64,000 nt of DNA from an uncultured Acidobacteriota bacterium. GTDB taxonomy: Bacteria; Acidobacteriota; JAQAZP01. Each line of letters begins with the position of its first letter. The first letter of the stretch is position 1. The stretch covers positions 1,184,001-1,248,000 of the forward strand of contig CAWIIB010000009.1 of assembly GCA_963836075.1 (NCBI GenBank). Reading direction: 5' to 3'. The position numbers and the translations under genes were made by a program. The notes beneath the pieces are model-generated. The model ran no database searches, was not told where the DNA came from, and saw only the letters and a list, made by a program, of their open reading frames with translations. Below, piece after piece: positions 1-8,012 of this stretch.

Positions 1-406
1 CCGGGGTGATGCCGAAACGGGCGAGCAGCTTGCCGGTGTCGCTGCCGGAGAGGCCGGCGGCGGCCAGCAGCAGATGCTCGGTGCTGACGTATTCGTCCTT
101 GAGGTCCGAGGCGGCCTTGAAGGCCTTGTCCAGCAGTTTGCGCAGCTCTCCCGAGAGCTGGGGCTGGGCCGCATCGCCGTTCACCGACGGCTGGGCGTCG
201 AGATTGTTGTTTACCTGGGCCGTGAGCCCGGCCAGGTCGGCACCCAGTTTCTGCACCAGCGGCAGGACGATGCCTTCCTCCTGGGTCAGCAGGGCGGCGA
301 GCAGGTGCGCCGGGCCCACTTCGGCGTGACCCCGGCCGGCGGCCAGTTCGGCGGCCGACTGCAGCGCTTCCTGGGATTTCATGGTCAGCTTTTCGAATCG
401 GATCAT
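1..406 (-). CDS. clpB: ATP-dependent chaperone ClpB, N-terminal part (runs off the window)
   Basis: Not in the ORF track. Manual translation from ATG at 406 gives MIRFEKLTMKSQEALQSAAELA...HLLAALL...KDEYVSTEHLLLA, the Clp N-terminal repeat pattern. GAGGGGG RBS upstream. Confidence 0.85.
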   Translation of the reverse strand, partial: MIRFEKLTMKSQEALQSAAELAAGRGHAEVGPAHLLAALLTQEEGIVLPLVQKLGADLAGLTAQVNNNLDAQPSVNGDAAQPQLSGELRKLLDKAFKAASDLKDEYVSTEHLLLAAAGLSGSDTGKLLARFGITP

Positions 407-593
407 GGTACTACCCCCTCTATTCATTCCATCGGGGCCTTTCCCCGTTTGTTTTCAGGCCCGGAGCGCCGTGATCCGGCGCTCTCGGGAAGTATGTGAA
501 CGGCACCGGCGGCGGTGATTCCCGCCTGCCGCACCGGGCGGTCCGGGCTTCCTCTTCGGAGATTGACGCCGGGGGAGTTGCTCGGACAATAGG

Positions 594-622
594 TCTATAA
601 GATCGGGTCTGGTCTGCGTCAA
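594..622 (-). promoter_or_regulatory. sigma70-like promoter for clpB
   Basis: Minus strand TTGACG-N17-TATAGA. Confidence 0.5.
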
Positions 623-689
623 CTTCCATCAGCAAATTTGATATGATTGGACAACTGTCATCCCAGGCACTCATCCGAGGAGGACCGCC

Positions 690-2462
690 ATGTCCGGAAG
701 CGCGCGTGTCGTCGTCGTGACGATCGGTGCGGCAGTCCGTACCGCACTCGTCTGTTTCGTCATTATCCTCTTGCTCATCCCCGCCTCAACGCTCGCCGCC
801 GAGGACCAGCAGCCGCCAAATACCATGCCGATCCAGGCCACGGTGAGCGTGGAGTGGGACGTGGAGAACGATTCGACGAGAAACGAAGGATCGATGTCCC
901 TGCACATGCAGGGCACGGTGCGACTCGCTCCCGAGGTGAGCGTGATGGATCCTGCCGCCCCGCCGGGGACGATCATCACCTATTCCGCCGAAGGGGTCGG
1001 CGTCACGTTCTCTTACGAGGAGAAGGTGTTCCAGGAGGACCCGCCCCGAGGATGTCCGGCCCTGCTGGCCGAGTACCAGGGCACCGGGAACTTCACCCTG
1101 AAGAAGATCAACACCGCCATGACCTCGGGGCTCAACATCCGCAAGATGGGCAGCCTGGTTCCCCAGGCCATGCTGCAGTTCGCGCCGCCGGAAGCGAAGG
1201 AGATGATGATCGACTACTACGACTTCTTAGCCCTGGCCGAAAAGCAGACGGTGAGCGGCCGCAGGCGTGGCTGGAACGACTGCATCTACAAAGCGGTATC
1301 AAAGGAGGTCAACGCGGCTCAGCTCGCGATCCGCTTCCGGATCACCGACGACGGGAAGATGACCGGAAGCCGGAAATGGACGGTGGACGGGAACTCCGGT
1401 GATCCGTCCTTCCATATCCGGGTCTCCGACTTGCCGCAGAGGATTGAACGGCGGCCGCTGGTGCCTGAGCCCGATGGGGAGGGCATCAGCTATGCGGTGA
1501 ACTGGACCTTCGGCGAGGTGGACCCCTACGTGCAGGTTCAGCGGAAGGAGGGCGGGCAGTGGGTCCCGATCACCGAGGAGCCGGTCAAGGTCAAGGTGGG
1601 GGAGAAGCTCGAACTGCGCGGGACGGTGATGCCCGAGGACAAGGACACCGGCAGGGGCACGTGGACCGTGCCGGGCCGGCCGGTCCAGGACTTCATCGTG
1701 GAGGGGAACAGCGGCTACGCCGATTGGCTTGAGGATAGCGAGCTGGATACTCAGGAAATTCAGTTCCACTGGTGGGACGGCGAGGACGGCCTGGAGGTGA
1801 AATATGTAACCACCTCCAGCGACGGGAAGCAGCTCACCGGCAGCGCGGCGTTCGACATCAAGGAACCGGACACGGTACTGCGGGCCTACCTCGACCACGG
1901 CCAGTTTCAGGTCATCGAGGTGAAATACACCGACCCGGATGGCACCCCCCACCAGGGGACCGAGCTGGTTCTGGGCGCCGGCAACGGCGAAACCATCCGT
2001 TTCTGCCACGACCCGCTGCCGGGCGGGTTCCAGCCAGGGTCCACGCAGTTCGTGCAGCAAGTGCGCACCACCGGCCGGGCGACCAAGCACAAGGACGCGC
2101 TTGCCGGCCCCTGCATGCAGATCGAGAACGAAGGCCTGGACGGGTCCTACCCTTATGCGCCGGGGCCGGAAACCCGGGACAGCCCGGGCGTGCCGGTGAG
2201 TATGTACGACTTGTCCATTTCGGTGTCCCACGAGTTCACCACCCAGTTGATGTACAAGCCGGATATCGACGGGGCGATCTTCGTCCCGCTCAGCGAAATG
2301 GACTGGTTCTGGACCGGCAACTGCAGCCGTGGTTCAATCGTCGACAACTGGACCATTGGCGACTCAAATGCCCACGCCCCGGCCACCGGCACCCCTGCCG
2401 AAGCCTGGATGGAATGGGACCGCATCAGCACCGGTGAGGAGGTGTGGGACGCCTGCCCATAG
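690..2462 (+). CDS. Secreted hypothetical protein (590 aa, beta-rich)
   Basis: GAGGAGG RBS, hydrophobic signal peptide ending TLA-AE, GC-rich third positions. No family recognised. Confidence 0.8.
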   Translation: MSGSARVVVVTIGAAVRTALVCFVIILLLIPASTLAAEDQQPPNTMPIQATVSVEWDVENDSTRNEGSMSLHMQGTVRLAPEVSVMDPAAPPGTIITYSAEGVGVTFSYEEKVFQEDPPRGCPALLAEYQGTGNFTLKKINTAMTSGLNIRKMGSLVPQAMLQFAPPEAKEMMIDYYDFLALAEKQTVSGRRRGWNDCIYKAVSKEVNAAQLAIRFRITDDGKMTGSRKWTVDGNSGDPSFHIRVSDLPQRIERRPLVPEPDGEGISYAVNWTFGEVDPYVQVQRKEGGQWVPITEEPVKVKVGEKLELRGTVMPEDKDTGRGTWTVPGRPVQDFIVEGNSGYADWLEDSELDTQEIQFHWWDGEDGLEVKYVTTSSDGKQLTGSAAFDIKEPDTVLRAYLDHGQFQVIEVKYTDPDGTPHQGTELVLGAGNGETIRFCHDPLPGGFQPGSTQFVQQVRTTGRATKHKDALAGPCMQIENEGLDGSYPYAPGPETRDSPGVPVSMYDLSISVSHEFTTQLMYKPDIDGAIFVPLSEMDWFWTGNCSRGSIVDNWTIGDSNAHAPATGTPAEAWMEWDRISTGEEVWDACP

Positions 2463-2474
2463 GCTACTTCATTC

Positions 2475-2543
2475 CAGCCGCCCTACGCGCCCTCGGGTGA
2501 CGTCGACATCAGGCCGGTGACGGTGACGGCATACGCGCCGTAG
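2475..2543 (+). pseudogene. 3' relic of a module-A gene (last 22 codons)
   Basis: Translates QPPYAPSGDVDIRPVTVTAYAP*, matching the C-termini of 2783..4759 and 4999..6972. It is followed by the same intergenic block that follows 4759. Confidence 0.8.
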
Positions 2544-2782
2544 GCGGCAGCAGGAGATCGATGTTCGGCGATTGCGGGGGCGCCGGTGATGGAGAACACC
2601 GGCGCCTCCAGTTTCATCCCCCTCCTTTTCACCAGAAAAAACCCGCCAGCTCATGTCCGGATTCTCTCCTGTTTGTCGCTATTTGTTACAGAGGGATATT
2701 CGGATGTGACGGACCGGTCCCTAGATTTCTACGACGGTTCATTCGTTTTTTTTGACCTGATTCTGTAACGGAGGAGTAACCG
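2544..2782 (+). repeat. Duplicated intergenic block, copy 1
   Basis: Colinear with 4760..4998: hairpin, TGTCCGGATTCTC, TTGTCGCT, TACAGAGGGA, GACGGTTCATTCGTTTT, GGAGGA RBS. Confidence 0.85.
2576..2609 (+). terminator. GC-rich hairpin (terminator or mRNA-stabilising stem)
   Basis: GGGGGCGCCGGTG-N8-CACCGGCGCCTCC with a weak U tract. Pairing is conserved in the copy at 4795..4828. Confidence 0.5.
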
Positions 2783-4759
2783 ATGAGTAAGCGCACCATC
2801 CTGATCCTGCTCGCCATGCTGCTGCCGGTCCTGCCGGCGTCAGCCGCCGACCAGCATTATCTTTACGATGACGGGTCGGCGGAGAACTGTCAGGGCGGGG
2901 TTGCCGGGGACATCGTCTGGCTGCAGTATTTCGATCCCCAGGGCGGTTCGGAGCTTATCACCCATGTCAGCACTGCCATCGGGTGTGCGGCGGCACCGGG
3001 GTGGGCGACGCCCACCGACGACACGGTCACTGTCTATGTCTGGGACGACCCGAACAACGATGGGGACCCCGCCGACGCGGTTCTCCTGGGGAGCGGCCAC
3101 GGTGGCGTGGAGAACGTGGACACCGATCTCTTCACCCACTACGCTCTTGATCAACCGGTGGCCGTGACCAGCCGTTTCTTCGTCGGGGCCATGGTCCACT
3201 CGGACACCGTCTTTTACCCGCGGCCGCTGGATCTCAGCCAGGACTCCGACGGCCGGACCTGGATGGTGGGGGACACCACCGGCAACTTCAACCCCGACGA
3301 CCTTACCGGCAACGACACGCCGCTGACGGCGCTGGACAGTATTGGCCTCGACGGTATCTGGCTGCTGCGCGCCCACCGGTTAAGCCCCGACGTGGACGGG
3401 CAGTCGTTCGATTTCCTGTTGGACCGCACGGACATCCCCGGATGGACCGAGCAGTCGGGGGACTGGACGGTTACCGGCCGCCGGCTGGTCTCGGAAGCGG
3501 CGTCCGCCAACCAGGTGATCACACGCAACCTCGTCCCCCAGGCCGACGGCTGCGTTGAAGTGTGCGGACATTATGGGGACGGGACAGGGCTGCGTTACCT
3601 CGGCCTGATGGTGCGCTACCAGTCGGCCTACGACCGGATCCAGGTCAAACTGCAGGACAACGACAGCTCGGGCTACTTCGATTCCTGCATCGTCTATGAC
3701 GACACCAGCTCGGTTTTCACCGCCACCGGGCAGAACTACGGCACCGAGCCCAGGCTGCAGGTGGAGTTTGTCGGGACCACGCTCCATGTGCGGATCGACG
3801 TGGACGGTGAAGGGAACTGGGACCACGACTACCCGGTGGCGGTAACCACCACCCATCCAGGCCTGGTGGGCGCATCGGCATACAACCAGGTCGGCTTCGA
3901 CGACTGGCACTGTGCGCCAGAGGCCGGCGCCTGGGGCGGGACGGTAATCGGCTTCGACGATGTGCCGCAGGACTACTGGTATTACGGGGGCGGACAGAGC
4001 CTGGGGGCCTACTACTCCGGCCTGCAGTTCACTCCCGTGGTGAACGTCCTCGAGTCGACGGTGTACGGTTACGGTGTCACCACCTTCCCGTGGCACTCCT
4101 CCGACGCGGTGATTTGCGCACTGGCATCGGACGAGGTGAGGGTCTCTTTTGACGAACCGAAAACCCACGTGGGATTCTGGTACACGACGGTGGAGGGTGA
4201 CGGGTCAGCCGAGGCCTATGATGAGAACGGCACACTGCTGGACAGTGCGGTGCTGCTCAACAACCGCGCCACGAACAATTACATTTCGCTCGACGGGGAG
4301 GGAATCGAGTACGTGGACCTGCGGTGCGGCCACTCCGGGCTCCTCACCATCGACGACCTCGAATACCAGCCGGTCAACTACATCGGCGTGGACACCATCA
4401 GTTCGAGTTTCACCTGCAGCCCGCAATCGGGCACGCTGCCCTTCCAGGTGGGCATGAACGTCGAGATGACCAACAATTACGACCAGCAGATCCGACGCAT
4501 CGCCGGAAAAATCAACGTCCGCCTCGCTGGCGGCGCCACGTATACCAACTGGCGGGCCGGGTACACCAACGTGGCCCCGCTTGGCAGCTACACGACTTCC
4601 TGGGTGCAGAATTTCCCGGCCCTGGGTTCGCTGGTGGGGACCACCAACTTTACCCTCAGTGCCCTGGACGTCACCCCGGCGCCTTACAACCAGCCGCCCT
4701 ACCCGGCGTCCGGCGATGTCGAGGTGCGGGCCTGCAACATCACGGCAGCGGCGCCGTAG
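2783..4759 (+). CDS. Secreted multidomain protein, paralog 1, with C-terminal module A
   Basis: Signal peptide (ASA-AD), acidic YDDGS..WDDPNNDGDP domain, two further beta-sandwich-like domains, then module A. Confidence 0.9.
   Translation: MSKRTILILLAMLLPVLPASAADQHYLYDDGSAENCQGGVAGDIVWLQYFDPQGGSELITHVSTAIGCAAAPGWATPTDDTVTVYVWDDPNNDGDPADAVLLGSGHGGVENVDTDLFTHYALDQPVAVTSRFFVGAMVHSDTVFYPRPLDLSQDSDGRTWMVGDTTGNFNPDDLTGNDTPLTALDSIGLDGIWLLRAHRLSPDVDGQSFDFLLDRTDIPGWTEQSGDWTVTGRRLVSEAASANQVITRNLVPQADGCVEVCGHYGDGTGLRYLGLMVRYQSAYDRIQVKLQDNDSSGYFDSCIVYDDTSSVFTATGQNYGTEPRLQVEFVGTTLHVRIDVDGEGNWDHDYPVAVTTTHPGLVGASAYNQVGFDDWHCAPEAGAWGGTVIGFDDVPQDYWYYGGGQSLGAYYSGLQFTPVVNVLESTVYGYGVTTFPWHSSDAVICALASDEVRVSFDEPKTHVGFWYTTVEGDGSAEAYDENGTLLDSAVLLNNRATNNYISLDGEGIEYVDLRCGHSGLLTIDDLEYQPVNYIGVDTISSSFTCSPQSGTLPFQVGMNVEMTNNYDQQIRRIAGKINVRLAGGATYTNWRAGYTNVAPLGSYTTSWVQNFPALGSLVGTTNFTLSALDVTPAPYNQPPYPASGDVEVRACNITAAAP
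4391..4759 (+). repeat. C-terminal module A, copy 1 (coding)
   Basis: DTISSSFTCSPQSGTLPF...TNWRAGYTN...DVTPAPYNQPPYPASGD...AAAP*. Confidence 0.9.
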
Positions 4760-4998
4760 GTTTCCGCGCTGAGCCTGGATGCATCGACTGGTGCGGGGGC
4801 GTCGGTGATACCGAACGCCGGCGCCCCCGGTTCCCTTCCCCCCGTGTGCATCTAAAAATTCCACCTTCAGGTGTCCGGATTCTCTTCTGCTTGTCGCTTA
4901 CCGGTACAGAGGGAAGCCCGGGTGTGCCGGACTCGTCCCTCAGTTTCTTCGACGGTTCATTCGTTTTCTACCCTGATCCTGAAATGGAGGATTGACCG
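4760..4998 (+). repeat. Duplicated intergenic block, copy 2
   Basis: Homologous to 2544..2782. Confidence 0.85.
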
Positions 4999-6972
4999 AT
5001 GATCAAGCGCACCATCCTGATCCTGCTCGTCATTTGCATGCCGGTCCTGCCGGCGGCTGCCCTGGACCAGCACTATTCCCACGACGACGGCTCCAGCGAA
5101 ACGGCGCTGGGGTTCTTCGGCGGGGACCAGGTCTGGCTGCAGTATTTCGACCCGCTGGGCGGTATGGAGACCATCACCCACGTCAGCACGACATTCGGGT
5201 CGCCGGAGGAGGGGGGGCAAATCCCGCTGATCAATACCGCGATCACGGTCTACATCTGGGACGACCCGGACAACGACGGCGACCCCGACGACGCGGTCCT
5301 CCTGGGCAGCGGAAGCGGCAGAGTGAGAACCGTGGACGGAGATTTCTTCACCCACTATTTTCTCGATAACCCGGTGACGGTGACCAGCCGTTTCTTTGTC
5401 GGGGTCAAGATCAATTGCCCGTCCAGCCTGCTGCCCAAATCGCTGGACCAGAGCCAGCCCTCCAACGGCCGGGCCTGGGCTGCCGGTGACGCCGGCGGGG
5501 GTTTCAACGCCTACAACCTGACCGACAACAGCCACCCGCCAGTGGACCAGGACAGCACGGCCAATCCGGGCGTCTGGCTGCTTCGTGCCCACCGTCTGAC
5601 CAGGGAGGTTTTCTGTGATTCGTTCGACCATACGTTCGGCACCACCAGCCCGAGGTGGTGGACCGAGGAGAGCGGCGACTGGAGTCTCGCCGACCGGCGG
5701 CTGGTCTCGGAAGCGCTGGCCGCCAACCAGGTGATCACCGTGGACAGCATCGACCAGGCCGACGGCTGCGTCGAAGTGCAGGGGTTTTATGGTGACGGGT
5801 TTGGCCTGCGGTCTTTCGGCACGGTGGCGCGATATGCTTCGGCCAGCGACCGCGTCCTGGTCAAATTGCAGGAAAACGGCACCAACGGCTTCTTCAACGC
5901 TTGTTACGCCTACGATGGCGGGTCAACGGTCCTTGCCGTCCAGGGGCAGAACTTCGGCACCGAACCGGTGCTGCAGGTGCAGTATGACGGCCCCCAGGTC
6001 ACCGTGCGGATCGACGTTGACGGCGATGGTGGCTGGGATCACGAATACCCGGTCACCGTCACCACCATTCACGGTGGCCTCACCGGCGCCTCGGCATACA
6101 ACCAGGTCGGCTTCGACGACTGGCACTGCGGGCCGTCACCGGATGCCTGGGGCGGGGAGATGATCGATTTCCAGGGTGTGCCGGAGGATTACTGGTCCAG
6201 TGCGGGCGGCCAGAACCTGGGGGGGTATTTCCCCGGACTCACCTTCGGCACTACGGCGGTCATCGTCGAAGCGACGGTTTACGGTTACAACGACATCGGC
6301 TACCCCTGGCACTCCTTCGACTCGGTGCTCGGCTCGTTGTCCGCCGAGGTGGTGCAGATCGACTTCGACGAACCGAAGACTCACGTCGGTTTCTGGTTTA
6401 CCACTGCCAGCGGTGACGGTATTGCCGAGGCCTTTGACGAGTACGGCACGCTGCTGGCCCGGGCGGTGATGCACGAGAACATGAGCAGAAACGACTACAT
6501 CTCCCTTGACGGGTCGGGAATCCGCTCCGTGACCCTCTGGGACGGCCAGTCCACCACCATGACCATCGACGACCTGGAATACCAGCCGGCCAACTCACCG
6601 CCGAATACCGTCGACGCCAGCTTCGACTGCAGCCCCACTTCGGGCGTGCTTCCCTTCCAGGTGAGCATGAATATCGAACTGGCCAATGCTCACGAAACGG
6701 AGAACAGACGCCTGGCGGCCCGGATCAACGTCCGGCTGGCCAACAATACGGCTTACACCAACTGGCGTTCCGGGTACACCAACCTCAGGCCGCTGTCGAG
6801 CTACACGGCTTCCTGGTCTCAGAACCTGCCGGCCCTGAGTGCACTGGTGGGTGACAACAACTTCACCCTGGTTGTCGTGGACGTCACGCCGGCGCCGTAC
6901 AACCAGCCGCCGTACGCGCCCTCGGGCGATGCCGAGGCCCGGGCCTGCACCATCACTGGTTACGCGCCGTAG
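4999..6972 (+). CDS. Secreted multidomain protein, paralog 2, with C-terminal module A
   Basis: Colinear paralog of 2783..4759 over its full length (e.g. WLQYFDP, GASAYNQVGFDDWHC, FDEPKTHVGFW). Confidence 0.9.
   Translation: MIKRTILILLVICMPVLPAAALDQHYSHDDGSSETALGFFGGDQVWLQYFDPLGGMETITHVSTTFGSPEEGGQIPLINTAITVYIWDDPDNDGDPDDAVLLGSGSGRVRTVDGDFFTHYFLDNPVTVTSRFFVGVKINCPSSLLPKSLDQSQPSNGRAWAAGDAGGGFNAYNLTDNSHPPVDQDSTANPGVWLLRAHRLTREVFCDSFDHTFGTTSPRWWTEESGDWSLADRRLVSEALAANQVITVDSIDQADGCVEVQGFYGDGFGLRSFGTVARYASASDRVLVKLQENGTNGFFNACYAYDGGSTVLAVQGQNFGTEPVLQVQYDGPQVTVRIDVDGDGGWDHEYPVTVTTIHGGLTGASAYNQVGFDDWHCGPSPDAWGGEMIDFQGVPEDYWSSAGGQNLGGYFPGLTFGTTAVIVEATVYGYNDIGYPWHSFDSVLGSLSAEVVQIDFDEPKTHVGFWFTTASGDGIAEAFDEYGTLLARAVMHENMSRNDYISLDGSGIRSVTLWDGQSTTMTIDDLEYQPANSPPNTVDASFDCSPTSGVLPFQVSMNIELANAHETENRRLAARINVRLANNTAYTNWRSGYTNLRPLSSYTASWSQNLPALSALVGDNNFTLVVVDVTPAPYNQPPYAPSGDAEARACTITGYAP
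6604..6972 (+). repeat. C-terminal module A, copy 2 (coding)
   Basis: NTVDASFDCSPTSGVLPF...TNWRSGYTN...DVTPAPYNQPPYAPSGD...GYAP*. Confidence 0.9.
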
Positions 6973-7039
6973 GTCTATCAGCAATAGTGTTCGGGGATTG
7001 CGGAGGACCGACGGACTCCTTTCTCACGCGATAACAGTC

Positions 7040-7084
7040 AAAAAAAGGGGGACTGTCACGCCCCGGTGACTGTCCCCTTTTTTC
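7040..7084. terminator. Bidirectional intrinsic terminator (REP-like stem)
   Basis: AAAAAAAGGGGGACTGTCAC-GCCCCG-GTGACTGTCCCCTTTTTT between convergent genes. Confidence 0.8.
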
Positions 7085-7090
7085 TTTATT

Positions 7091-7843
7091 TCAGCCGATA
7101 TCGATGGAGATCGGGCAGTGGTCCGAGCCCATCACGTCCATGTAGATGGCGGCGTCCTTGAGCTGCGGGCGCAGCACCTTCGAGATGCAGAAGTAGTCGA
7201 TGCGCCACCCCACGTTCCGCTCCCGGGCCTTGCCGAAGTTGCTCCACCAGGTGTACTGGCCGCCCTCCTGGTTGAACTCGCGGAAGGTGTCGACGAAGCC
7301 GGCCTTGATCAGCTTGCCGAACTCGGCCCGCTCCTCGTCGGTGAACCCGGCGTTCTTGTGGTTGGTCTTGGGGTTGGCCAGGTCGATCTCCTTGTGCGCC
7401 ACGTTGAGGTCGCCGCAGAAGACCACCGGCTTGGTCTTTTCCAGCTTTTTGAGATAGCGGCGGAAGGCGGGGTCCCACTCCCTGGTGCGGTAGTCCAGCC
7501 GGGTCAGGCCGCGCTGGGCATTGGGGGTGTAGACCGTCACCAGGTGGAAGTCGTCCAGCTCGGCGGTGAGGACGCGGCCCTCTCTGTCCAGGGCCTTCTT
7601 GCCCAGGCCGCGGGTCACCTTCCCCAGTTCCACCCGGGTGAGGAAGGCCGTCCCCGAGTAGCCCTTCTTCTCCGCCGGGTACCAGTGCATCTCGTAGCCG
7701 GGGATCTCGGTGTCCACCTGCTCGGGCAGGGCCCGGGTCTCCTGCAGACAGATGATATCGGCGTCGGTCCCGGCGACATAGTCGACGAAACCCTTCTTGA
7801 TCACGGCGCGGATGCCGTTGACGTTCCAGGAAATGATCTTCAT
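7091..7843 (-). CDS. xth: Exodeoxyribonuclease III
   Basis: MKIISWNVNG, CLQET, GYSG, CGDLNVAH, WRIDYF and SDHCP motifs. Start moved to the ATG at 7843. Confidence 0.95.
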   Translation of the reverse strand: MKIISWNVNGIRAVIKKGFVDYVAGTDADIICLQETRALPEQVDTEIPGYEMHWYPAEKKGYSGTAFLTRVELGKVTRGLGKKALDREGRVLTAELDDFHLVTVYTPNAQRGLTRLDYRTREWDPAFRRYLKKLEKTKPVVFCGDLNVAHKEIDLANPKTNHKNAGFTDEERAEFGKLIKAGFVDTFREFNQEGGQYTWWSNFGKARERNVGWRIDYFCISKVLRPQLKDAAIYMDVMGSDHCPISIDIG

Positions 7844-8012
7844 CGGTGCCCTCCAGAGTGTAGGGCCGTATTGTATACGGAAAAGAGGAGGCGAACAGGG
7901 GAGGATGAGTCTGTCTCGGCGAGCGCCCGCGGTGCTTGATACTGACCGGCGCCGATACCGTGCTTGCCGGCAGATCACGCTCCGGAAAGAAAATCCTCCA
8001 GCGTGACCCACC

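Noticed and set aside
407-690. CIRCE, HAIR or CtsR operator upstream of clpB
   Set aside because: No convincing match to any of these consensus sequences.
4391-4759. Module A as T9SS CTD, PEP-CTERM, LPXTG or dockerin
   Set aside because: It lacks the YPNP/GxY/terminal Lys pattern, has no TM helix with basic tail, and has no duplicated Ca-binding dockerin loops. Judged by eye only.
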